The notes below the pieces were generated by a model, which was not told the DNA's origin, made no database searches, and saw only the letters and a list, made by a program, of their open reading frames with translations. Position numbers and translations under genes: made by a program. This document shows, piece by piece, positions 1 to 9,800 of a DNA stretch of 64,000 bases. Source of the DNA: an uncultured bacterium. Its GTDB lineage: Bacteria; Bacteroidota; Ignavibacteria; OLB7. Each line of letters starts with the position of its first letter. Positions within the stretch are counted from its first letter, which is position 1. Location: the NCBI GenBank assembly GCA_966250335.1, contig CBINGZ010000022.1, forward strand, positions 11,218-75,217. Reading direction: 5' to 3'.

Positions 1-159
1 TCTTCGATGCTCTCCGGCTTCGGCTTCCGTACTGAGCGTTTCTTGATCATGCGAGAGGATAAAATATCGGAAGAAGATTCCCCGACTTCTGTCGGCCGGG
101 TCTGCGGGCATAAGATATACATGCTCGGGATCTTTACGAACCTCTGCGAGCCCTTCGCA

Positions 160-3132
160 TCACTTCACCAGCGTCATCACTCCGGTCCGCGACCAGTGGC
201 CCGAGGTCAGGCGGTAGTAGTAGAGCCCGGATGGGAATCCCTCGGCGTTCCAGGTGACCGTGTAGCTTCCGTGCGTGAGCGGCTCATCCACCAGGGTCGC
301 TACGGCGCGGCCTCTCCCGTCGAGGATCTGGAGCCGGGTGTGGGCGTCGAGGCCGATGGAGAAGGGGATCTCCGTGGACGGATTGAACGGGTTCGGACGG
401 TTCGCGTCGAGCGTGTAGCCGGAGGTCGTCGATTCGATCAGCCGCAGATTGAGCCCGCAGATCGAATCGACCAGAACATGCCCGCTCTCGGCGACGACCT
501 CCACGCATCCGGAGCCCGATGCGGAGACCTCGAGGAGAATATCGGATTCCAGCGCCGTGCCGAGGAAGACCTCCGACTCGATCACCATCAGCCTCCCCGA
601 TCCGCTCAACGGTTTCCCCTGCGGAGCCCGCAGGCTCAGGATCAGACGTCCCGGCGACCGCTCTATCGTCTCGATCGTCCATCCGCTCGTGAGCGTTCCC
701 GCCGGAGAGAGGTCGTTCAGACGGAGAACTCCCGCGTCGTACGTGAGATCGATCGTATACGACTCGATCCCCGCCCCATCCGCGGGCTGCGGAAGGATCA
801 GCGGAATCGGGAGCTTCGATCCCGGCGCCGCCCGGAGATCGCGAGGTATCGCGACCCGAACCGTTGCCGAAGGGACCACGGAAACCGTGACGGTATCCTC
901 GGCGAAACATCCGTCCGCTGAATATGCTCGTACGATATAATCGGTTGCCCCCCTGGGCGATGCCGCCGGATCGGCGCAGTCGGTGCAGCTCAGTCCGGCG
1001 GCCGGTCTCCATTCATATCGTATTCCGCCCGAAACCCGCAGCCGCGCCTCTCCGCCGACGCAGATCGTCGTGTCGGGCCCGGCGTCGGGATCGGGGGGGG
1101 AGCCGGCACGGACCTCGAACGCCGGGGAGGTTCCGCTGCATCCCGCCGCATCGGTGACCGTGACGGTGTAGGAGCCGGGAACCGTCGTCGTGATCGACCG
1201 GGTGGTCTCACGCGTCGACCAGAGATAGGCGATGAATCCCTCCGGCGCGGTCAGGGTCACCTCCCTCGCTCCGCAGAGTGAAGGATCGCCTTCGGATGTG
1301 ATAACCGGCTTCGGCGCCTCCCTGACGTTCACCGCCGTGATCGACGACCGACCGGTGCAGCCGTTGATATCGGTGACGTCGACGAAATAGACGCCCCCCA
1401 TCTCGATCCGGGTCTCCCGTGTCGTGTCGCCGTTGGACCATCGGTATGCGAGATATCCATCCGCGGCCGTGAGCGTGACGCTCTCCCCGTGGCATATCGT
1501 GACGGAGCCGGAGGGGGTGATCGTCGGATACGGGGTCTCCCCGGTGATCACGCGGACCGTATCGGAGCGTCCGAAGCAGCCTCCCGCGGCGGTCACATCC
1601 ACCCAGTAGCTTCCGGCGGCGGTCACGCGGATCGTCCGTGCCGTCTGATTGTTCGACCAGCGATAGGTCTCGTACTCTCCTCCGGCGTCGAGTTCAACGC
1701 TGTCGCCGGGGCAGAGGGTGACGGTCCCGGAGGGATTCAGCTTCGGCGCAAGGCTGGTCCGTATCGTGACGGAGACCGGGTCGGAGGTCGCTGTGCAGCC
1801 GTTCTCGTACTGAACGGTCACACTGTATTCCCCTTCGCCGTCGACCTCGATCGTACGGGTCCGTGCGCCGGTGGACCAGAGGTAGTTGTCGAAGCCCTCG
1901 CCGGCGTCGAGGGTCCGGCGCTGTCCGGGGCAGAGCTCGATCAGCCCGGCCGGGGAGATGATCGGCTTCGGCGCCGGAAGAACGGTCACCACAAGCCTGT
2001 CCGATTCCCCCGAACATCCGTTCGAGTCGGTCACCATCGCCGAATAGACCCCCGGCCTGTCGACGGTGATCGTGGGAGTTCTCTCCCCCGTCGACCAGAG
2101 AATCGACGCATACTTCCCTGAAAGAGAAAGAGCGATACTTCCCCCCTGGCAGAACGGCAGCGGGCCGGTCACGATCACGCGCGGGTCGGGCTTCGGCAGC
2201 ACCGTGTAGGAGACTTCGGTATAGATCCGGCTGCATGCGGAGAAGGGGAGTTGAAGCGTGTAGCGTCCCCCCTTCTTCACCGTGATCGATGAGGTCCGCT
2301 GGCCGGTGGACCAGAAATACTCCTTGAAGCCGGGCGGTCCCACCAGCACGACGCTGTCCCGCAGGCAGGCGTCCGTCGTGTCGAGCGGTCGTATCCCCGT
2401 CGGCTTGAAATTCCAGAGAAGAATATCGTGCTGTTCCCAGGCGGAGCCTGTCGAACTGGTGAATCCGACCCAGGCGCGGCCGTTGTCGAGCAGGAGCCGC
2501 TTCTCCAGATCGACGGCGACCTCCAGGATCGGGGGGTTGCAGCGGTCGAGATAGATACGGAGCAGCCCCGGCACATACTCGATGATCGCCGTGTGGACCC
2601 CTCCGTCGGAGAGCTCCCGGATGTCGGAGGTGGCGCCGATCGAGGCCGAGTGCTCGGAGGTGTTGAAGGTTCCCTCCCTGGTGTGGACGCTGACGTGATT
2701 GTTGTCGGGGTCGTTGACCCCGGGATTGTTCCAGGTGTCGAACTCGATCGCCAGGCTGTTGCCGATGCCGCTGTAGCCGATCCCGCCGCCGTCGGCGCCG
2801 ATCGGCGTCGGCTCGTCGTTCTGGATCACGAAGGCGAATCCGTCCCCGCCGCCGCCGCCGTTCTCGTCGGTGGTGCCGGCCGTGTCGGTGATGCGGAACT
2901 GGAACTCCGTGACGAATCCCCCGGCCACGTTCTGTTTGTCGACATGCCAGACGGAACCGAGAGAATAGGGGAACGATCTGCTCAACCGCATAGATGTGCC
3001 GACCCGCTCGGCGTCGCGAACCGTGGCGAGTCCCGCGGTCGAGGCGAAGCCGGGATAGTCGAACTGCGCGCTGGCCGTAGAGAGGGTCAGCAGAGCAGAG
3101 AGGAGAATTGCAGGGAGAAGAAATATGCGCAT
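160..3132 (-). CDS. T9SS-secreted cell-surface protein: signal peptide, N-terminal L-type (legume-like) lectin domain, tandem SprB-type Cys-containing Ig-like repeats, C-terminal Por/T9SS sorting domain
   Basis: Minus-strand ORF 160..3252; best start is the ATG at 3130-3132 (MRIFLLPAILLSALLTLSTASAQ is a signal peptide). Lectin-like block FDYPGF..GFAFVIQND..GGGIGYSGIGNSLAIEFDTWNN..DNNHVSVHT. At least 6 repeats of ~80 aa with motif Y.V.VTD.NGC (for example GVYSAMVTDSNGCSGESD, GSYTVTVTDAAGCSG). C-terminal NRPNPFNPSTEIPF...GLYYYRLTSGHWSRTGVMTLVK matches the T9SS type-A CTD pattern. Stop at 160. Confidence 0.75.
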   Translation of the reverse strand: MRIFLLPAILLSALLTLSTASAQFDYPGFASTAGLATVRDAERVGTSMRLSRSFPYSLGSVWHVDKQNVAGGFVTEFQFRITDTAGTTDENGGGGGDGFAFVIQNDEPTPIGADGGGIGYSGIGNSLAIEFDTWNNPGVNDPDNNHVSVHTREGTFNTSEHSASIGATSDIRELSDGGVHTAIIEYVPGLLRIYLDRCNPPILEVAVDLEKRLLLDNGRAWVGFTSSTGSAWEQHDILLWNFKPTGIRPLDTTDACLRDSVVLVGPPGFKEYFWSTGQRTSSITVKKGGRYTLQLPFSACSRIYTEVSYTVLPKPDPRVIVTGPLPFCQGGSIALSLSGKYASILWSTGERTPTITVDRPGVYSAMVTDSNGCSGESDRLVVTVLPAPKPIISPAGLIELCPGQRRTLDAGEGFDNYLWSTGARTRTIEVDGEGEYSVTVQYENGCTATSDPVSVTIRTSLAPKLNPSGTVTLCPGDSVELDAGGEYETYRWSNNQTARTIRVTAAGSYWVDVTAAGGCFGRSDTVRVITGETPYPTITPSGSVTICHGESVTLTAADGYLAYRWSNGDTTRETRIEMGGVYFVDVTDINGCTGRSSITAVNVREAPKPVITSEGDPSLCGAREVTLTAPEGFIAYLWSTRETTRSITTTVPGSYTVTVTDAAGCSGTSPAFEVRAGSPPDPDAGPDTTICVGGEARLRVSGGIRYEWRPAAGLSCTDCADPAASPRGATDYIVRAYSADGCFAEDTVTVSVVPSATVRVAIPRDLRAAPGSKLPIPLILPQPADGAGIESYTIDLTYDAGVLRLNDLSPAGTLTSGWTIETIERSPGRLILSLRAPQGKPLSGSGRLMVIESEVFLGTALESDILLEVSASGSGCVEVVAESGHVLVDSICGLNLRLIESTTSGYTLDANRPNPFNPSTEIPFSIGLDAHTRLQILDGRGRAVATLVDEPLTHGSYTVTWNAEGFPSGLYYYRLTSGHWSRTGVMTLVK

Positions 3133-3390
3133 GCGGACGAGGTCAGAACATCGATGTCGATCGTCCGGCCGCCCGGACGGGCGGAGAAGAAGGGGGCGCG
3201 GGAGTCGATCGGAATATACGCCTTTACCTCGACGATCGTGTGCGCCGCGCAATGTAGACCGGCCGTCGCCGATCCCGATGTTTCAAGGGGTGCCGGGGGG
3301 AGACGGGTACCGCTCTATCACGTAATTTGGGGAGGCACAAAAGGTATCCCGGGGACCGAAAAGAAACGATGCAACGGAACGGAATGTATC

Positions 3391-4281
3391 ATGAAGCAAC
3401 GCCGACACACCGACGAACCGACGCCCGATCCCCTTGCCGGAGATGCGGTCCCCTCGTCGGGGGAGCCTGAACCGGCTGCCCCGCCGGACCCGGTCCCCGG
3501 GGAGGCCGATCGCGCGTTCGAGCTGCTGCGGCTCGGCCGTTCACGCCTCGATGCCGGTCTCCCCGCCGAGGCGACGGAGCCGCTGACCGGGGCGCTCGCC
3601 TTCTTCGAGGAACGGGAGATGAGGGAAGGAGCGTACGAGGCCTGTCTGGGGCTCTGCGAGGCGTACGAGGCGCTGGGAGAGCTCCGGCTCGCGTACGAGC
3701 AGTACGTCCGGTATGTGGAACTGCGGGAGGGGACGCTCGGCGCCGAGAAGCTGCGGGAGGTGGCCGAGGTGGAGATGGGACACAGGATGGTCGAAGCCGA
3801 GCGCCAGCAGGAGATCCTGCGGATGCGCGCGGAGCAGGCCGAGATCGAGGCGGAGTTCAACCTGAAGGAACTGAACTCGATCACCGCCAGCCTGGCCCAG
3901 CGGAACGAGCTGCTGAAGGCGCTGCGCGATATTGTGGTCCCCCTGGCCGAGACCGGAAAGGGGAGCACCCGGGAGCTTGCCGCCGCGGTCCTTGCCGGCA
4001 TCGGCGGGGCGGCCCTGGCGACCACCGAATGGCAGGTGTTCGAGGAACAGTTCGAACGGGTACACAGCGATTTCATCAGACGCCTGCATGAACGCTCCCC
4101 CGGACTGACCCCGGCGGAGATCAAGGTCTGCGTGCTGGTGCGCCTGAACGTCTCGATGAAGCAGATCGCCGATATGCTCTTCGTCTCCGCCTCGACCGTC
4201 AAGACGCATCGTACCCATATCCGGAAGAAACTCGGCCTTGGAGCCGACGAGAGCCTCCACGCCCTCCTCACATCCCTGTAG
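3391..4281 (+). CDS. LuxR/GerE-type HTH transcriptional regulator with N-terminal TPR-like/coiled-coil region (paralog of 24342..26027)
   Basis: ORF 2428..4281 overlaps the divergent lectin gene upstream, so ATG 3391 (MKQRRHTDEPT) is preferred. C-terminal EWQVFEEQFERVHSDFIRRLHERSPGLTPAEIKVCVLVRLNVSMKQIADMLFVSASTVKTHRTHIRKKLGL is a LuxR-type HTH. The middle region is a charged coiled coil (RQQEILRMRAEQAEIEAEFNLKELN). Confidence 0.6.
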   Translation: MKQRRHTDEPTPDPLAGDAVPSSGEPEPAAPPDPVPGEADRAFELLRLGRSRLDAGLPAEATEPLTGALAFFEEREMREGAYEACLGLCEAYEALGELRLAYEQYVRYVELREGTLGAEKLREVAEVEMGHRMVEAERQQEILRMRAEQAEIEAEFNLKELNSITASLAQRNELLKALRDIVVPLAETGKGSTRELAAAVLAGIGGAALATTEWQVFEEQFERVHSDFIRRLHERSPGLTPAEIKVCVLVRLNVSMKQIADMLFVSASTVKTHRTHIRKKLGLGADESLHALLTSL

Positions 4282-4548
4282 CGTTTCCTCCCGGTCCCCT
4301 CCTCCTCCGGCCGAAACGGCGCATCGTGTGTTCAACCACGCGACCGATCCGGCGCGCACGGACTTCACGAATATTGCGTGGGGCGCAAAAATCTATCGTC
4401 CCGCGGGACTTTATTCTTCCCCGCAGGCCTTGTGAATACTCGATTCTCCGCCGACGTACTACCAATCTCCACCCCCTGCTCCCGTTGCCCTCCGGTATAT
4501 CGTCTCCTAACTTCATCGCGGCACTCAGGAACCCTTTTCCTTTTCGCT

Positions 4549-6804
4549 ATGAAGATCACCCTCCTTCTTCCGCTGGTCTGGCTGGCGGTCGCGCCCACCT
4601 TCGCACAGACGTCGGACACCGTCCGTCATATCGCGCCGGGAAACAAGCTTGTCTATTACCGGAACCCCGCGATCGACATGCAGGTCGCCCGGTTCGATCT
4701 GGCGGCCCCGGTCTATATCAGAGAGCTTGCCCTCATGGTCGGTGGGGAGGCCAGCGGGAGCGCCCGGCTGCGCCTCTTCGGCCGCGAGGGAGGGGGCGTG
4801 GTTCCGGCGCTGGAGCGGGATCTGATCCCACCGATCACGATCGACAAGAAGGGAGCGGGGATCGAGCGGATCGTGATACGGCTCCCGGAGCCGGTTCTGG
4901 CGGCCGACAACCAGTTCTTCGTGGCGCTCGACGGCTTCAGCGGAGGGCTCGAACTCCTCTCCAACAGCAGTCCGGTGGCGCCCGCATGCAGCTCGCGCAA
5001 CGGCGATTTCTACAGCCAGTATGTCAGGATCTCCGGCGGCGGATGGCGGTCGTGCCCCTACGCCTTCGCCATGGATCTGGTGCTGGAGCCGGCGGAAAAG
5101 CTCTCGCCGCGATATCTGGCCGACGTCACCGTCGATGCCGCTCTTGTCGACACGGTGAGCGCGTGCGGAAGCATCGCCTGGGCCGATCTGAACGACGACG
5201 GCTGGCTGGACCTGCTCGCCGGCGGGCGTCTTTACCTGAACAATCGCGATGAGAGCTTCAAGGAGATCACCCTCTCCGCCGGCCTCTCGGGTGAGCCGGC
5301 GGCGCATCTCTTCGCCGATATCGACAACGACGGCGCCGTCGACATCCTCTTCCTCGCGGAGGCGGGGATGAACGGTTCCGGCATGACTCTCTATCGCAAC
5401 GAAGGGGACCTCAAGTTCCGCCGGAGCGCCGTCGATCTGCCGGCTCTGCGGCGTCCCACCGGAGCGAGCCTTGCCGACGTGAACGGCGACGGCCGACTCG
5501 ATCTCTTCATCGGGCAGGCCGATTCCGACCCGATCGGCCGGCTTCACGATCTGCTGCTGATCAACAACGGCTCGCTCGGGTTCGCCGACAGCTCCCGTCT
5601 GCTCGATCCCTCCCCCGCCGGTTATTCCGGCAGCTTCGGCTCGGAATGGGTCGATTTCAACAACGACGGCTGGCTCGATCTCTTCGCGACCTCGGCCGGG
5701 ACCGCGCACGACAGGTTCTGGAAGAACAACGGCGACGGCACCTTCACCGATGTCGGCCTGGAGGGGAGATCTCCCGACGAGGCCGGCCGTCCCGGCGCGG
5801 CTCGCGGCTGCGACTGGTCGGATTACGATAATGACGGCGATATCGATCTGCTTCTGCCGGAGGCGATCGCGCCGGGAAGGTTCACGGATAATGTGCCCGT
5901 TCACGTCAACGGAGGATCGCCCTACTACGATGTATCGAACAGCGATGGGGCTGTCTGGCTCTCCTACGAGGAGAAGCGCTCCGGAGGCTCGTGGGGGGAT
6001 GTCGACAACGACGGGTTGCTCGATCTGATCCTCACGACCGCGTGCGACTGCCGGTTCGCCGATCTCTATGTGCAGACCCCGGATCACCGCCTGGCGCGGA
6101 AGACCTTCGAGTACGGGCTCCACAGGGTGGCCGCCGGAGGAGACGCCGTCTGGGTCGACTACAACAACGACGGACGGCTCGACCTCGCGACGTTCGAGGG
6201 GGGACGGTTCCGGCTCTACAGGAACAACGGAGAGTTCGCCGGGAACTCGATCACCTTCGATCTCTCCGGCGGCGCAGGGAGGCAGGTCGTGGGATCGCGC
6301 GTGACGGTCCATGCCGGCGCGATGCGATATACCCGCGAGGTGACCTCCGGGCGCGGTCTGCTGATGCAGGACCCGCTTCGCCTTCTCTTCGGTCTCGGCG
6401 ATGCCGATGCCGTCGACTCGGTGACGGTGCGCTGGCCGAACGGAGGGGGGAGTGAGACGTTCGCCGGAATGCGGTCGAACACGATATACAAGCTCCAGCC
6501 GGGGGGATCGCGTTTCGCCGCCGCCGACGCGGCGGTCGGGCTGCAGCTCTATCCCAACCCCTTTACCACCGATCTGAGCATCACGTACGACCTTCCCGTC
6601 GGCGGGCATGTCTCCCTTGAGATCCATACGGCCGCCGGAAGGAAGCTCGCGACCCTGATCGACGAGATCCGCCCGGCCGGGGCGCACAGGATCACATGGA
6701 GCGCGCGCGACGAGGAGGGGAACCGGCTTCCGCCGGGGATCTATATCTATCGCTTTGTGAACGGTTCGACCACGCTGACCGGACGCGCAGTGCTCGTCCA
6801 CTAA
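4549..6804 (+). CDS. FG-GAP/VCBS-repeat plus ASPIC/UnbV (CRTAC1-family) protein with C-terminal T9SS sorting domain
   Basis: Start MKITLLLPLVWLAVAPTFAQ (signal peptide) at 4549. Seven Ca-binding FG-GAP-like loops (DLNDDGWLDLL, DIDNDGAVDIL, DVNGDGRLDLF, DFNNDGWLDLF, DYDNDGDIDLL, DVDNDGLLDLI, DYNNDGRLDLA). ASPIC/UnbV-like block VTVHAGAMRYTREVTSGRGLLMQDPLRLLFGLGDADAVDSVTVRWPNG. Terminal LYPNPFTTDLSITYDL...GIYIYRF...RAVLVH matches the T9SS CTD. Confidence 0.8.
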   Translation: MKITLLLPLVWLAVAPTFAQTSDTVRHIAPGNKLVYYRNPAIDMQVARFDLAAPVYIRELALMVGGEASGSARLRLFGREGGGVVPALERDLIPPITIDKKGAGIERIVIRLPEPVLAADNQFFVALDGFSGGLELLSNSSPVAPACSSRNGDFYSQYVRISGGGWRSCPYAFAMDLVLEPAEKLSPRYLADVTVDAALVDTVSACGSIAWADLNDDGWLDLLAGGRLYLNNRDESFKEITLSAGLSGEPAAHLFADIDNDGAVDILFLAEAGMNGSGMTLYRNEGDLKFRRSAVDLPALRRPTGASLADVNGDGRLDLFIGQADSDPIGRLHDLLLINNGSLGFADSSRLLDPSPAGYSGSFGSEWVDFNNDGWLDLFATSAGTAHDRFWKNNGDGTFTDVGLEGRSPDEAGRPGAARGCDWSDYDNDGDIDLLLPEAIAPGRFTDNVPVHVNGGSPYYDVSNSDGAVWLSYEEKRSGGSWGDVDNDGLLDLILTTACDCRFADLYVQTPDHRLARKTFEYGLHRVAAGGDAVWVDYNNDGRLDLATFEGGRFRLYRNNGEFAGNSITFDLSGGAGRQVVGSRVTVHAGAMRYTREVTSGRGLLMQDPLRLLFGLGDADAVDSVTVRWPNGGGSETFAGMRSNTIYKLQPGGSRFAAADAAVGLQLYPNPFTTDLSITYDLPVGGHVSLEIHTAAGRKLATLIDEIRPAGAHRITWSARDEEGNRLPPGIYIYRFVNGSTTLTGRAVLVH

Positions 6805-6807
6805 GGC

Positions 6808-6832
6808 CGCCTCCCACCCCGGAGGCGGTTCA
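6808..6832 (+). terminator. GC-rich hairpin after the FG-GAP gene (weak T tail)
   Basis: GCCGCCTCC-cacccc-GGAGGCGG followed by TT. The stem is perfect but there is no T-run. Confidence 0.25.
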
Positions 6833-6874
6833 CGGCCCGATGCCCCGACCTATCCCAACATCAACTGAACGGAC

Positions 6875-9800
6875 ATGAGCAAGATGAATCGGGGAGAGAG
6901 GTACTCTCCCGCCGCCGTACTGTCGTTCGCCCTCATCGCGTCGTTCCTCTCCCTGCTTCTCCCCCCTCTTCTGAAGGCGCAGACGGCGGGGCCGGCGCAG
7001 CCGGAGTTCTCGAACTTCGAGCCGGTGTCGACATCGAACATGGTGAACCCGTTCGACGGCTCGTTCACCTACAATATTCCGGTGGTGACGATCCCGGGGC
7101 CGCAGGGGAGCGGATATGCCCTTTCCCTCTCCTATCACAGCGGCAACACCCCTGAGACGCAGTCGTCGTGGGTCGGCTACGGATGGACGCTGAACCCGGG
7201 GTCGGTGATCCGCGACCTGCGCGGGTTCCCGGACGACCACAAGGGGGCCGCGGTCAGGTACTGGAACAAGACCGGGAAGAACTGGACGGTGTCGGTGATG
7301 CCGAAGCTCACGTTCGAGCTCTTCAGCGCCGAGGAGCTTCCCGAGGGGATGTACGGGCCGGAAGAACTGAAAAGGATGGGGGACCTGTTCAGCTTCAATA
7401 ACACACTGCGATACAACAACCGGAAGGGGTTCGGATACTCCAAGTCGATTAATGTCAGCCCCAACCTGAAGGGGATGCCGGACTGGAGCAAGGGGGTGGT
7501 CAGCCTGAACCTGAGCCTGGACGATGGAGTGGGGAGCTTCAACTTCGGGATCAACCCCGCCAAGTCGTTGATCCAGCATGCGCTGGGGACCTCGTTCCCT
7601 TCCTCGACCGAAGACATTTATATCGATACCCGAAAGAATTTCAACAGCGCCAACTCGATCAAGCTCTTCGACCTGATGAGCGTCTTCTCCTTCTCGGGGT
7701 CGATGCGTGCGTCGAACCTCCCGGAGTACGAGGGGGAGTCGTACAACGTCCGTGTGAACGGGATGTTCACGACGACCCCGATGCCGGTCGGCATGAAGAT
7801 GGGGATAGAGGGGAGCTATACCTGGCAGCGCAACCGCGAGTCCAACATCGACGGCGCCTACGGCTACATGTATTCAGGTGACGCCGGAGAGGGGGGAGCA
7901 ATGGACTACTACCTGGAGCGTGAATCCCCCTACGTGAAACGGGAGAACTACCTGGCGATCCCCTTCAGCAACGCCGACAACTTCACGGTCACCGGCGAGG
8001 GGGTCGGAGGCGGATTCCGTCTCCACAGCGACAGGGCCGGGCATTTCGGCCCCGTCGGCAGGCACAGCAGCATCGAGATCCTTCAGGCAGGGCTTGAGCT
8101 TCATGCAGGGCTCAACGTGGGGGTCGGCTTCAGCCTCGGCGTCGGGCAGCATACCCTGGAGGTCAACCGCTGGGAGGATGAAAGCAACAGCGCCCATCAC
8201 TACAGGGCCAACAAGGGGGACGACAGCTACTTCTTCCGCTTCAACAACGACCCCGGGGGGGATGTGACGTTCGCCGACGACGACACGCCGGTCCGCGCCA
8301 GAGCCGTGGGGCCGTTCCTGAATCCCCCCATGTTCAAGTCGTACGATCCCAAGATCAGCGCCTTCATCAGCCCCACCCCGCTCGACGGCACGCAGCGATC
8401 GAACTATATCGCATATCATACGAATCGTGAGATGATGCAGCGGAGCGACACGCGTGTCGGCGAGGCGTGGGAGGTCAACGGTGTGTACTACAACTCCTAC
8501 AACAAGAATATCGCCTCCCGTGATTTCGTCGACAGAAGCGAACAGCCGGACGGTATCGGGGAGATCGCCGTCTTCAACGAGCACGGCAACAGGTACGTGT
8601 ACGGACTGCCGGTTTATTCCAGAAAGGAGAAGAACCTCCAGTTCGGGCTCGACGGCGCATCGGCCGATGATCGGGAGAACAATCATATCGCCTATACGGT
8701 CACGACCCCCTCGGCCTCCGAGCTCGTCGTCGGCGAGGAACGGAACATGCCGTATGCGAGCATGTTCCTGCTGACGGAGATCACGACCCCCGACTATGTC
8801 GACCTCACGAACAACGGCCCCACCCCGGACGACTTCGGCGGCTACACGAAATTCAACTACCGCCGCGCCGCCGGCAGCAACAGCAAGATCGACGGCGAGA
8901 GCGAGGGATGGGGGGAGAACGCGAACGAGTGGTACAAGTGGAGGTTCCCGTTCAGCGGGCTGATCTACAACAGGAACTCCCTCTCCGATCCGGAAGACGA
9001 CAGAGGTTCCCTCACCTCCGGAGAGAAGGAGCTCTACTACCTGGAGTCGATCGAGACGAAGACGCATATCGCACGGTTCATCACCAACAAGTGGCCCGAT
9101 AACCTGGGGGAGCGTCTGGACGCCTACGAGGCGCATCACGATGAAGCGGTGGCGATGGGGGACCGCGACGCCGAGATCGGCCCGGTCGGCGACGAGCCCC
9201 CGGTCAACAAATCCGAATATCTGACCAGGATAGAACTGCATGCGAAGAAATCGAACGGCGCCCCCGGTGAACTGCTCCAGAGGGTGAACCTGGAGTACGA
9301 TTACTCCATCTGCCCCGGCCTTCCCGGCTCGTACAAGCCGGAGGGAGCCGAGAAGAGCGGCGGCAAGCTTACGCTCCGGAAACTCTGGTTCGATCACGGC
9401 AACACCGCGAACGCCGAGATCAGCCCCTACGTCTTCCACTACAACTACAGGAAGAGTGAGGATTACGCGCAGGAGGTACGCGACGCCTACCCGGAGATCA
9501 CATCGTTCGGCGATGCGTACTATCCTTCGAGCATGACCACGGAGCAGCAGGAGAAGATCCAGAACCCGGACTACTCCCAGTTCCTCTCCGACCGCTGGGG
9601 CTATTACCAGTTCAACGGCGCCGACCGCTACAGGATCATGAACCCGTGGGTCGATCAGACCCCGGAACCGGAGTTCGATCCGGCCGCGTGGGAGCTGAAG
9701 GTCATCAGGCTTCCATCGGACGGCGAGATTCACGTTCAGTACGAGCAGGACGACTACGCGTATGTGCAGGATCAGCCGGCGATGGCGATGGTCAGTCTGC

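Noticed and set aside
7-921. 304-aa plus-strand ORF at the left edge
   Set aside because: It overlaps the C-terminal T9SS sorting domain and SprB repeats of the minus-strand gene 160..3132 and has a low-complexity R/G/P-rich translation, so it is a GC artefact.
2428-3390. Upstream extension of the LuxR-type regulator ORF (start at 2428)
   Set aside because: The extension overlaps ~700 nt of the divergent lectin gene. The first plausible start with a clean N-terminus is ATG 3391.
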